Source: Tubiluchus corallicola
Lineage: Eukaryota > Animalia > Priapulida
NCBI GenBank assembly: GCA_030141605.1
Contig: JAQGDQ010001310.1
Coordinates: 1 to 48,111, forward strand
Length of the DNA: 48,111 nucleotides
Reading direction: 5' to 3'
Below the pieces are notes generated by a model. That model was not told where the DNA came from, made no database searches, and was given only the letters and a program-made list of their open reading frames with translations. The position numbers and the translations under genes were made by a program. The stretch's first letter is position 1. Each line of letters starts with the position of its first letter. Below, in pieces: positions 13,672 through 25,826 of the stretch.

Positions 13672-13920
13672 TGATTTTGATATGGTCACCCATTCATTTA
13701 CTATCGGGTCTCTAGCTTCGATTGCTAAACTAGGTCAGCCATGTTTTGGCTAATATGATTTTAGTAACGACGACTAATCCGTGTGCTATCTAGTCTTTAC
13801 TGTATAAAATTTCGATTCCTAAACAAAGTCAGCCATATTTTAGCGTATGTGATTTTAGTAGTGGTCACTCATCTAACTACTTTCTAGTCTTAGCTCTGGT
13901 TAACTTCACTTCAATTGCCA
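13672..13920 (-). repeat. Degenerate ~90 bp tandem x3, possibly 5S rRNA-derived
   Basis: ggtcacccattcatttactatc and ggtcactcatctaactac...ggttaacttc resemble the reverse complement of the 5S internal control region (ggtcacccatccaagtactaac...gcttaacttc). Confidence 0.3.
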
Positions 13921-14227
13921 AGATTACTAATTTCGCCCTAAAGCTAGTTCAACAAAAAGCAAACACCAGGCGGCACAACCAGTTAGCAAAACACTTGCTA
14001 GTCACAGCCTAAAAAGCTTATAAATGAAATGCTTTACAAAAATAAAGATGGATTTTGCAAATATTAGACTAAAGTATTATTAAATAATTTGTGAAAGGCC
14101 TGCAATTAACAAGGTTAGGCTGGGGGGAGGTGAATCAGGTTTTGAATTATTCGTAAGGTAATGGACAAAATATGGGAAGTTACTTTTGAACAGGGATCTA
14201 AATGATCTGCATAAAAATTTGAAATCA

Positions 14228-14493
14228 CTGTACAGTTCTTTCAACTGCATAGCTTTCTGTTACACCGCAGAACTTTCTGTAGTTCTTTAAACCGCATAGC
14301 TTTCTGTAGTTCTTTAAACCGCATAACTTTTTGTACAGTTCTTTAAACTGCATAGCTTTCTGTAGTTCTTTAAACCGCATAACTTTTTGTAGTTCTTTAA
14401 AGCGCATAACTTTCTGTACAGTTCTTTAAGCTGCATAGCTTTCTGTAGTTCTTTAAACCGCATAACTTTTTGTACAGTTCTTTAAACTGCATA
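14228..14493. repeat. 27-29 bp minisatellite, ~9 copies
   Basis: tttctgtagttctttaaaccgcatagc. Confidence 0.92.
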
Positions 14494-15109
14494 ATAATAT
14501 ATGCTTCCCTCAAGTACTTACAGTAGTATGTTAGTAGAAAGAAACTGTCAGTCAGTTAATGCCTAGGACTTGTCCGTCTTTACTGAAAGTTTGTTCTGTA
14601 CAGTAGCGACATACACTGTACATGTACATACTTCTATACACGCGCTATGCATAGAAGTATAAATCTGCATATACAGAATGCATACCACTAAGGTTCTGTA
14701 CCATATTAGTTCGTAAATAGAATCAGAGGTTAATAGCTCAATGTCAGAACTCGGTGTACTTTTGGGAAGCATTTTAAGTTAACAAAATCGTGACTTGTGG
14801 TAACAAATTTCTGGTTAGAACTTTTTCAGTACAGCGTGGAGTTTAGCAAATTCTACGAAATATTTCTTTTAAAGATAACGGGAACATTTAAAAGGAAATG
14901 AAGGAACTTCAGGCTCTCGTCAAGGAAAGGAAAGATGGGCCGGGAGGAGACTGCAGGTTGTCCATCCCACTCCAACCTTGTTTCCTCCTTATTTTACGAA
15001 CTATTAACATTGATTCAACCAGTAAAAAAATGTATTTATATACAATGGAAGTTTCACGAAAAATGTAGACTTTCCCTTTAACATATACTTTGTTGGGATA
15101 ACTGTTTTC

Positions 15110-15505
15110 CCTTTCACAAAGGGGATGGGAGGACATGGCTTCCTTCTAAAAGCATGACTGACTTTCATTACACAGAGGGGATGGGAGGACATGGCTCTCT
15201 TCTAAAATCATGACTGACTTTCATTACACAGAGGGGATGAGAGGACATGGCTCTCTTCTAAAATCATGACTGACTATCATTACACAGAGGGCATGGGAGG
15301 ACATGGCTTCCTTCTAAAATCATGACTGAATTTCATTTCGCAGAGGGGATGGGAGGACATGGCTCTCTTCTAAAAGTATGACTGACTTTCATTACACAGA
15401 GGGCATGGGAGGACATGGCTTCCTTCTAAAATCATGACTGAATTTCATTTCGCAGAGGGCATGGGAGGATATGGGTTTGTTTCTAAAGTATGAACAACTT
15501 TCATT
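15110..15505. repeat. ~58-59 bp minisatellite, ~7 copies
   Basis: agaggggatgggaggacatggctctcttctaaaatcatgactgactttcattacac. Confidence 0.93.
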
Positions 15506-17335
15506 TCACTTATCTAGAACGTGGCTATCTCTCGTTTCCTGGGAGACGGCAAAACTAAAAAACCCTCAAATGATTTTCAAGGAAGTAGCTGTCTCTCATT
15601 CCACAGTAAGAGTTCTAGTAGAGCACGACTGTCTTTTAGTTTTTGTTAAAGTACTACCTCTTCCGGAAGTGGTTGTGGAGGTTAGACATAATTAAAATAA
15701 TAGGGAATTTACTATTATAAGTAAAAAAAACTTGTAACAAACCTTAGTTTATTGATAAGCGAAAGATAACTGTATATTTGTACAAAGGTTTGACAAAATT
15801 AGGCCTGCCTAAAACTAGAAACAGTGAATGGATAAAGATGGATTCCCCTTTTGTTCATCAAGCCTTCATATTCGTTATTACTTATTTTGACCCTGTATAT
15901 TAACATTAGAGCTGCTATAAAATTATAAGAAAGTTAACGTTTATTGCATGTAATTAAAAGTTATTTTTTCAAATACACGTGTATTAGCTGAGAAATTTAA
16001 TTCGGTAAGTTTGACTATTTTCTTGTTGAATTTTTAAATTTTAAATGACCCTACTGTGTCCGTGTGTCTATTCGCCCACTGTCCACAACAGGTTTTTCTC
16101 TTGTATTTCTGTAACAAAAGATCGGATCGTCATGAAACTCGTGCGATTCGAACTCTAGATCCTGTGCAGTTAGAATCTTGACATTGCTAAAATGGTTTTA
16201 GCTGACCGAGACGTAAATAACAATTTATTTTTTTGCTTATTTCAGATTGAAGAGTCACGATTTTTTTCTGGATTATTGGATATGCCTAAGCGGTAAGTAA
16301 AGAAATTTTGCTTTTTAGCCAGAAAACCTTTCCATTTACTTTTTTATTTTCTGCACATGTACCGTTGTCCAAACATACAGAAATATTTTTCTGCTCTTAA
16401 TAGTCTCGTGTGGTGTGAGATTATTCTTTATTTATATAACTTTTTACAGGATCATCTTACAATTTATTTTTGAAACATTTTAAGTTAACAAGCCAGCCCC
16501 ACGTCTGTTGTGTTTGCAATCATTAAAATTTCTACATTCTCAATAACCTGAAGACTTTGCTGCCAGTAAACAGAACATCGTTTTTCTTGCAACAAAACTT
16601 TAAACAATATAAAATAGTTATTACAGTGATAAAAGAGTCAAATCAAATTTACTACATACCCTAGTTTACACAACAACTTAATAACTTATTTATTTTATCA
16701 TAGACTGTATATATGTATTCTCTTATAATATTACTGTCTTGTATTAACCGCTGTTGTTTACTTTTACTGTTAAACTAGTAAAATGAAATGACGTTTTTCT
16801 TCTTTTTTCAGATGTCATTGGTTCACCCAGTGCGGGGGGGCGGGGCAACATCAACCCCCGGTACGCCACGCACAGGTCTACGTCTGCCTGTGCGTGGAGG
16901 TACCAGGAGCAGCGACGACGCGAGCTCCAGGCAGGGGTGGTGGCTCGGCCACCCCTGGAAGAACGCCAGAGCAAGCCAAAGCCAGTGTAAGTAGACACGA
17001 TTATAATTACAAATTAGCTTTTTCAGTAGTAGAACCGTTCATTTTGCCCCCTCGTGGCTATAGTTTTCGTTTTTGTTTACTTTACACAAAACTTTACCGT
17101 TTAGTCTTTGTGAAGCAAAGCTAGCTTGTTAACAGCTAGCTTATTACAATCATTTCATGGAGTTTTCATATCGTCTTAATCGACACGAACTGGAACGTTG
17201 TCTCTGGACATTTCATTCCATCCGAGATATTACTGATTTTTCGATAGTTAATTATTGTACCAAAAGGAAAAATGATTATAGCAAATGACATCAAGAATCA
17301 TTTAAAGTTACATCACTATTTTTTGTATCGTAGTA

Positions 17336-17556
17336 TAATGATAATGATAAGAATGATGATGACGATGGTGATAATGATGCTGATGATGATAATGATGGTG
17401 ATGATGACAATGGTGATAATGATGGTGATGATGATAATGATGGTGATGATGATGATGATGGTGGTGATGGTGATGATGTTGGTGATGGTAATGGTAATCA
17501 TTTAGAGAGAGAGATGGGGGAGAGAGAGAGAGAGAGAGAGAGATGGGAGAGAGAGA
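17336..17556. repeat. (ATG)n plus (GA)n compound microsatellite in intron 2
   Basis: Directly visible. The mirrored copy is at ~35593-35791. Confidence 0.95.
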
Positions 17557-18114
17557 GGCATGGAAGGAAGAAGGAAAAGCGAATGTCATAGTCATCAGGA
17601 AACATGATGACCTAGTGGTTATGAAATTGTTTTTGTAATTCAAATGTCTCTGTTTCAAAACCAGACTGAGTTCCAGCTATTTACTTTCTTGTCTTCTGGA
17701 GTTTAATGTGTATCAACATTCATAATAATTGTGGTTTTCTACCGTCATAGCAAGTCTTTTACTATGTTGGTTGCAGTAGTTCATTTAGCTGCTGTAAGAG
17801 ACGGTTTGCTAAATTCTGCTGTTTCTTAATTGAGCACAAGATTTACTCGAGTAGTTGTGAACCGTAACTGAACAACTGACCTACCAACTTAGCAATTTTT
17901 GTCCAAGAAGTCATGGGTAACTTGAATATGATTTAATCTATTTTTGGTTAAAACGTTTTAGACATGAATAATCTATGGCTATATAAATAATAATATTTAT
18001 AATTGTCCTTAATAATGTTTAGGACACTAATAGTACAATGATAACAGCTTATTTTCAAAGTAGTCTTGATAGAACCCGCTTGGCAGAACGAGCGGTAATT
18101 AAAACTTTACTCTT

Positions 18115-18181
18115 ACGTGTCAGGAATTGAACCCGCGACCTCCAGGATGGGAAACGAACACATTACAATTGAGCTAACCCC
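18115..18181 (-). mobile_element. tRNA-derived SINE head or tRNA pseudogene
   Basis: Minus strand gggttagctcaattgtaatgtgttcgtttcccatcctggaggtcgcgggttcaattcctg has an A box (TAGCTCAATTG) and a B box (GGTTCAATTCC), but the cloverleaf is imperfect. Confidence 0.65.
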
Positions 18182-20009
18182 CGAAACTTTTACTCTTGAA
18201 TAACGCATAGCAACAAAATATTTGCTGTTTCTTTTCAGTTCGATGTGCAAATTTGTGCTTTCTACACTAGAAAATTGACATTTGATTTAGTTTTCTTTCC
18301 ATTTGGAGATGTCCAATATGTCAGCTTGTGTGTCAATGTTTATAATAAACCTACCAGAGTTGAACTTGTGCGTTAAGAGTGATCAGTTCTTCAAACACAT
18401 GCTTAACAAATTGCCAGCAAATAGGAGTCATTTAGTTCCAACAATTTCTCATGTAGTTTTATTAACTTCTAACATGCAGATTTTTCAGAGATTTTTTTTG
18501 GAGTGGAAAAATTGGGATACGCAATCCCGATTTTATACCAGCAAATAGGTTTATCCATAAAGTTATTAAACCGGAAGTGCATCTTCCCATCATATAAGTT
18601 TTGTAGTCTTTTTTGCTGTTTGACAAAATGACAGCACGTTTTGTAGAAAAATGAAAATTATTTTTGTCTCTTTTAGGCGAAGGTGCCGAAATTACGAACA
18701 CTGCGGAGGTCAGGGCAATGCCATTGAGGGTCGGGGCAGGCATTACGTAATGGCAAACTGTCCGCTGGAGCAGGAGGCGGTGCCTGTCCCGGCCTTGCGT
18801 GTGACCTGGTAAGCGGATTTTTTTATAATTTAAACCTGACAAAAAGGAAATCTTAATTTTACTGACACAGTTAGAACTGACTTTCAACCCTTAAATTTCA
18901 ACTTTTTATTATTATGTATAAAAGCACAAAGCTGGTTAAACTTTGTCTCTAAACGCGTTAGAGGCCTAATACAGGCCTAATATGCAAAAACATGCTGTTA
19001 GACATCTCTAAGAAATGACAAAATTTAGCGGAAGAAACTTTTGTTTACTAATAATGACTGGCATTATAAACTAGCAAAGGCATTGCAACTTGTCAGTTTA
19101 ACCGCTCCCAATGTTCAGTAATGCACAAACGTCTTTTGCTTTTTATGCAGAAACAGTGAATGGACGTATTAACGTATTAACTGATACTTTACATAGGTTT
19201 TATATGACTTTATAACATGCCAAATGTCAGCATAATAATCGGCCCACGTGACGACGCAAATAGCCACCAAAGCAGTTTTTATTTTGCTATGAGTTTTACA
19301 GCATCTCCCCGACAACACCCCACCCCCAATTTTATTGAAAAAATGAAGGAGGCCATATTAACGACTTTTTAGAGGCTTACAAAGATTTATTTTTCCGAGC
19401 TTATCCAACCGGTGATGGTCAACCTCTACCCGTCTGTCGGCAAAGGCCTGCAAACTTCGGACCGCATTCATATGCAAGACGTCATATTAAAAGAATTGCT
19501 GCTAATGGGACAGAATAGTCCCAAATTGTTACTCTGTTTTGTTACTTTATTACGACACACGCACGATTTTATAGGGGAAATGGATTGACTATTTTAACGA
19601 CTTTAGAGGCCTTGAAGCCTCCTGACTGCTTTTACATGTTTGTTATACAACTATTTTTAAAGCTTATCCAACGGATAATGGTAGCCACACTTCAGTGCTG
19701 CCTAATCTCGTTTGTAAACTTTCCGTGACTGAAAATGAAGAGAGAACTTATGAGACACGAACCTGTTTTTTATTTGGGACAGCAAACTATTAAAACACAG
19801 TGAGATTACAGTCTAGGTAAGAAAAAACTCAGTCGATAGTTCTGCAAAGAAGCCATGAAAAGTTAAATGATAATTATGCAGCTCATTAATGTAACATTAC
19901 CTTACCTAAATAACACAACTGATGCAACAATTATCTACTCAAATTAATGTTACAAGAAAGATTGCAGGTGTTGATCATTAAAATGCCATCGACTCATAGT
20001 TAGCAGTAG

Positions 20010-22247
20010 TCAATAGCCACTCAACAGAACAACAAGGTCTTGGGAAAAAACTGGAATCATCTGCTTGCACAACTTTGTCTAGCACCCTATAGCAGTAACT
20101 AAGAGCCACTCGACAGAACAGCAAGTTCTTGGGAAAAAACTGGAATCATCTGCTTGCACAACTTTGTCAAACACCTTATAGCAGTAACTAATAGCCACTC
20201 GACAGAACAACAAGTTCTTGGGAAAAAACTGGAATCATCTGCTTGCACAACTTTGTCAAACACCTTATAGCAGTAACTAATAGCCACTCGACAGAACAAC
20301 AAGTTCTTGGGGAAAAACTGGAATCATCTGCTTGCACAACTTTGTCAAACACCTTATAGCAGTAACTAATAGCCACTCGACAGAACAACAAGTTCTTGGG
20401 AAAAAACTGGAATCATCTGCTTGCACAACTTTGTCTAGCACCCTATAGCAGTAACTAATAGCCACTCGACAGAACAACAAGTTCTTGGGAAAAAACTGGA
20501 ATCATCTGCTTGCACAACTTTGTCAAACACCTTATAGCAGTAACTAATAGCCACTCGACAGAACAACAAGTTCTTGGGGAAAAAAACTGGAATCATCTGC
20601 TTGCACAACTTTGTCAAACACCTTATAGCAGTAACTAATAGCCACTCGACAGAACAACAAGTTCTTAGGGAAAAACTGGAATCATCTGCTTGCACAACTT
20701 TGTCAAACACCTTATAGCAGTAACTAATAGCCACTCGACAGAACAACAAGTTCTTGGGGAAAAAAACTGGAATCATCTGCTTGCACAACTTTGTCAAACA
20801 CCTTATAGCAGTAACTAGTAGCCACTCGACAGAACAACAAGTTCTTGGGAAAAAACTGGAATCATCTGCTTGCACAACTTTGTCAAACACCTTATAGCAG
20901 TAACTAATAGCCACTCGACAGAACAACAAGTTCTTGGGAAAAAACTGGAATTATCTGCTTGCACAACTTTGTCAAACACCTTATAGCAGTTAACTAATAG
21001 CCACTCGACAGAACAACAAGTTCTTGGGAAAAAACTGGAATCATCTGCTTGCACAACTTTGTCAAACACCTTATAGCAGTAACTAATAGCCACTCGACAG
21101 AACAACAAGTTCTTGGGAAAAAAACTGGAATCATCTGCTTGCACAACTTTGTCTAGCACCTTATAGCAGTAACTAATAGCCACTCGACAGAACAACAAGT
21201 TCTTGGGAAAAAAACTGAAATCATCTGCTTGCACAACTTTGTCAAACACCCTATAGCAGTAACTAATAGCCACTTGACAGAACAACAAGTTCTTGGGAAA
21301 ACAATTAGAATCATCTGCTTGCACAACTTTGTCAAACACCTTATAGCAGTAACTAATAGCCACTCGACAGAACAACAAGTTCTTGGGAAAAAACTGGAAT
21401 CATCTGCTTGCACAACTTTGTCAAACACCCTATAGCAGTAACTAATAGCCACTCGACAGAACAACAAGTTCTTGGGAAAAAACTGGAATCATCTGCTTGC
21501 ACAACTTTGTCAAACACCTTATAGCAGTAACTAATAGCCACTCGACAGAACAACAAGTTCTTGGGAAAAAACTGGAATCATCTGCTTGCACAACTTTGTC
21601 AAACACCTTATAGCAGTAACTAATAGCCACTCGACAGAACAACAAGTTCTTGGGAAAAAACTGGAATCATCTGCTTGCACAACTTTGTCAAACACCTTAT
21701 AGCAGTAACTAATAGCCACTCGACAGAACAACAAGTTCTTGGGAAAAAAACTGGAATCATCTGCTTGCACAACTTTGTCAAACACCTTATAGCAGTTACT
21801 AATAGCCACTCGACAGAACAACAAGTTCTTGGGAAAAAACTGGAATCATCTGCTTGCACAACTTTGTCAAACACCTTATAGCAGTTACTAATAGCCACTC
21901 GACAGAACAACAAGTTCTTGGGAAAAAACTGGAATCATCTGCTTGCACAACTTTGTCAAACACCTTATAGCAGTTAACTAATAGCCACTCAACAGAACAG
22001 CAAGTTCTTGGGAAAAAACTGGAATCATCTGCTTGCACAACTTTGTCAAACACCTTATAGCAGTTAACTAATAGCCACTCAACAGAACAGCAAGTTCTTG
22101 GGAAAAAACTGGAATCATCTGCTTGCACAACTTTGTCAAACACCCTATAGCAGTAACTAATAGCCACTCAACAGAACAGCAAGTTCTTGGGAAAAAACTG
22201 GAATCATCTGCTTGCACAACTTTGTCAAACACCCTATAGCAGTAACT
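20010..22247. repeat. 89-90 bp satellite, ~25 copies
   Basis: taatagccactcgacagaacaacaagttcttgggaaaaaactggaatcatctgcttgcacaactttgtcaaacaccttatagcagtaac. Confidence 0.98.
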
Positions 22248-22329
22248 AGGAACCAAATGAAATTTAGAGAATGGGAGCAATTTTCCATAATCATCAATGG
22301 TCAAAATTTACAAGCAACTTGATAGAACA

Positions 22330-22800
22330 ACAGCACTTAAGGCAAAAATTAGAATGATGTCTGCTGGACTGCTTCGCCATGGAACCTGTTGCTGTGATTG
22401 TTTAAAAACCAAAGGGAAATAATAATCGAAAAGAAAACGTACTTTAGCATTCTTAAATGTGTTTACAAAAGGAAATGTTGTTTCTCGAATGAAAAGAAAT
22501 CTGCAAAAATCAACATAAAAACAAAAACTGTTAAAAAAGACAAATAATGGCGGCGGCAACAACAATGACGACGAAAATAATTGCTGGCAGTCTTGTGGTT
22601 TCTTTACGAAGAAGCTAGTTGTAGTGGAGATGACGATGATGATGATGATAGCGAAGACGATCATGACAATACTGAAACAAAATAATACAATGCTTGTTTG
22701 TAAAATAGCCCAGTTCTACATAGAATTGTGAATGGTTCCCAGTCGAGGAAGAAAAATCGTTTCTGCATTCAGTGATTACCTGATTCAACTGTGAGAAATC
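22330..22800 (+). pseudogene. Degenerate coding remnant resembling the C-terminus of a pogo/DDE_1-type transposase (basic tract, acidic tract, PHD-like finger)
   Basis: With stops and frameshifts it reads SKRKRTLAFLNVFTKGNVVSRMKRNLQK...DDENNCWQSCGF/YEEASCSGDDDDDDDSEDD...IIQCL.CKIAQF...NCEW. Confidence 0.35.
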
Positions 22801-23908
22801 TACAAGAAATCTACAGAAATCTAGAACACGCAAATTCGTTTGTTCGTCAACCGAAAAACATTTAAATTTTACAATGTGCATTACAAAAGCCCACAGTGAT
22901 GTGACATCTAATGATTTTAATCATTATTTTACCACGAATAGGTTAAACTGGTACTATAAATCAGACTATTAAATTAGTTGTAAAATTTTTTTAATCACAA
23001 TAATAACGGATTGGGGATCGTGAATGCTGGGTATAGGAAACACAGGACAAAATCTTGTCCTTACAAAGTACGAGGATGGAAGAGAAAGATAAATTATTGC
23101 TGGCACCGAGCCAAGATTACAGCTGCTAGATCTTCACAGATATTCATAAATATTTGCTCAAAACTTCATGCAAGATAACTAGAGAATTTTTGCTGCCAAA
23201 TTATCAGTGCGGAAGGGTAATGTCCATGGAGATTTTATACCACTTACATTCTACATTTTCGTATGCATTGCTTGCGTCGGAAGTAACGCTGTATAAAACG
23301 TGTAAATTTGAACTCCAGATGACCGTTAGGTGAGGCCATTTTAATCGTAGGTCGTTTGAAAAAAGTTTTGATAACATTAAATAAAGTTTGAAAAAATAAT
23401 CAGAGTATTCGTAGCATGAACGTGCTAACTAAGTAAACTTTTAAATTACTGAATCTTGTCAATAAGATTAAAAATACGTTCTTGGCTAGTGAGTGGCGCA
23501 CCCTGGAGGGTGAATCAGTGACATTTTACCAATTGGCACAAACATTTTAAATTATTAGTCTAGTTATTTAGGTCATTCCAGCACGTTAAGTGAAATGCTA
23601 ATTAATATAGTTTTGCATGGAAAGTTTTTTAGATTATAATTTAACATTTCCTTTTCTTCCCCTGATTTACGTGACGTCGGAACAGTATTGCGGGAGATTT
23701 AAAATGAAAACAAACGAAAATTCTTCTCGACGTGAATACGATATTTACATAAAATTACTGTAAAGTAGTATAATTTTTCAAGGTGATTTTTCTGAAACCT
23801 ACTTCAAGTACCCCTTTTCTTGTCCTTTAAGCGCTCAACCAACATTAGTAGTTGTCCAGAACAAGCCCAAACCAGTGTCAGTTAATCACCAAATTCACTA
23901 GATTAGAA

Positions 23909-24128
23909 CTATACAAGGTGCTTGTTTACTGTTTATACCATGTTCAGAGCAGACTGTACCACTCTATACAAGGTGCTTGTTTACTGTTTATACCATGTTC
24001 AGAGCAGACTGTACCACTCTATACAAGGTGCTTGTTTACTGTTGATACCATGTTCAGAGCAGACTGTACCACTCTATACAAGGTGCTTGTTTACTGTTTA
24101 TACCATGTTCAGAGCAGACTGTACCACT
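23909..24128. repeat. 55 bp tandem repeat x4
   Basis: ctatacaaggtgcttgtttactgtttataccatgttcagagcagactgtaccact. Confidence 0.95.
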
Positions 24129-25149
24129 AAACAAGCTAAGCAGTTAGCTGGGGCAACAAATTTTAGAAGTCTCTAATTTTTAAGTTTAGCATAAGTGATA
24201 ACAATTATGAACAATTGTGCTTAATAAACCAAGAGGGCTAGAACATGCACCAATTATACGCTACCGTTATACTTTATAATATTGTCACTACAAATTCAAT
24301 TTTGGGGGGTATGGTGGAGGCGGCAGCGGGAGAAGGGATTGAGCGTTGAAGAGAGGGCGCTAAAAACTCTACGTGGAAAAGTGGGCGCTAAAAATTCTAC
24401 CTGGAAGAGAAGGCGTTAAAAAGTGTTTGCTTAGAGCACCCCAATTTGCCTAGAGCCGTCCCTGACCGTGTTACATTTTTATACAGTCACAAAACAGAAT
24501 ATAAACACTAAATTTAAGTAGGACACACTGGAACACTATAGACTATCCTGTTAAGTATAAAGGAAACAGACAAGAGAGATACGTGGAGTAAACAAAGCTC
24601 GACCACTTCTGGAAGTTGTCCATAATAAACCCAGTGTAAGTGATTGTCTTACAAATCAACAATTGTTAAGAAACTAAGTGTCCAAGTCTTTGAAGTAGTT
24701 AGGCGTAATGGTAACGTATAACTTGAGAGGGAAGTTTTTTTGCGACTTGAGTTACTATAAAAAGTACTAACACTATAAATTATAATAAATTTACTATATA
24801 GTGCCTTGCGTTATTGTACTGCTGTAAATGCCAAATTAAGTCAGCGTAAGTTGACAGCGAGGCTGTAATCTCGGACCAACCAGTGAGTTTAACCACCCCT
24901 AAAAGACCTCAAGAACAAACCAACGGAGGTGTTGGTAGACTCAAGATCACGTTTTATAAAACTTTGCCATTGTTTCTTCTTCAGACGAAAACATTCAAAT
25001 GCTGCATGTTGTAAATTACACTGACCACCAGGGACAAATAATGTGCAAACATCTCACCTAGTGGTTTAGAGAGTAAGCAGGCAGGGGACGAATACGAAAG
25101 TGCAGCACAGTTTAAAAATAGCAAAACTCATTGAATAGTCAAAACACAA

Positions 25150-25820
25150 CTTTCCAACCCAGAGATTATTTATTTATTATTTGGATTACTTATGTAACTG
25201 TCACTTCAACTGTGTCTTAGAACTCTAGAATTGTTAAGTAGCTAAGTCATCAAACTTAAGCAGGTCATAGCAAGAGATGGGAGAGAAATTGTTATTGGGT
25301 AAGTGGTGACATGGGGGGAGGGCAGTATAAGGTCAAAGTTTACAACAAGTAAGGACTATGAGCGGCTGGACAAACAAAGGTACTCCTCTTACTGTACCAA
25401 GTGAGGAAGTGAAATTGGAGAAGTGGTCAGTGACCTTGAGTGGGTGGATTAAAGTCAAAGGAGATGAAAGTTTAAAAACTACTAGAGAAAGGAGGTTACA
25501 AAACTGCAAGGAGCTCTTTGACAAACATTGTGCAACTCATAACAAGAGGTAGATGAGTAATTAAGATGGGGTATTCAGTGACTTTGAGTGGGTGGTTCAC
25601 AGGTAAAGGTGACATCAAAAGCACAACGGCAAAGAATTCGGAAAGGAAAGGTAGATAACTTACTGTACCAGGTGGAGAAGGAGATCGATGAAGTAATCAA
25701 TGACTTTAGATTAGTGGTGGAAGAGGAAAGGATGCTACGATTTAGAAACAATTATAAGAGACAATTGCATTAAAATGGTAAGCGGGAGTTGTGTGCCTGA
25801 ACTGATGCAACTTAACCTCA
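25150..25820 (+). repeat. Left arm of inner inverted repeat (partner ~28680-29340)
   Basis: 25185-25451 is a close reverse complement of 29041-29306. Diverged similarity continues to ctgatgcaactta (~25802) vs taagttgcatcag (~28685). Confidence 0.88.
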
Positions 25821-25826
25821 ACTGAG

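Larger units (their letters stand above)
15855..19477 (+). repeat. Left arm of large inverted segmental duplication (partner 33375-37231)
   Basis: Colinear reverse-complement match, including the (ATG)n/(GA)n block, the tRNA-like segment and exons 1-4. Confidence 0.95.
16282..19518 (+). pseudogene. Disabled or truncated paralog of the C2HC zinc-finger gene (exons 16282-16292, 16812-16986, 18677-18808, 19398-19518)
   Basis: Same splice sites as the minus-strand gene, but with several lesions. An extra G in the 16834-16840 run makes exon 2 175 nt. Exon 3 ends TG|A, which creates a stop. The exon-4 acceptor is ttttcCG. Exon 4 runs into TAG at 19516 and no exon 5 follows. Confidence 0.8.

Noticed and set aside
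18115-18181. Functional tRNA-Gly
   Set aside because: The acceptor and D stems are poor, which fits a SINE head or pseudogene better.
20010-22247. CRISPR-like regular repeats (also 6243-7257 and 25827-26878)
   Set aside because: The units are head-to-tail with no unique spacers, there are no cas genes, and the context is eukaryotic.
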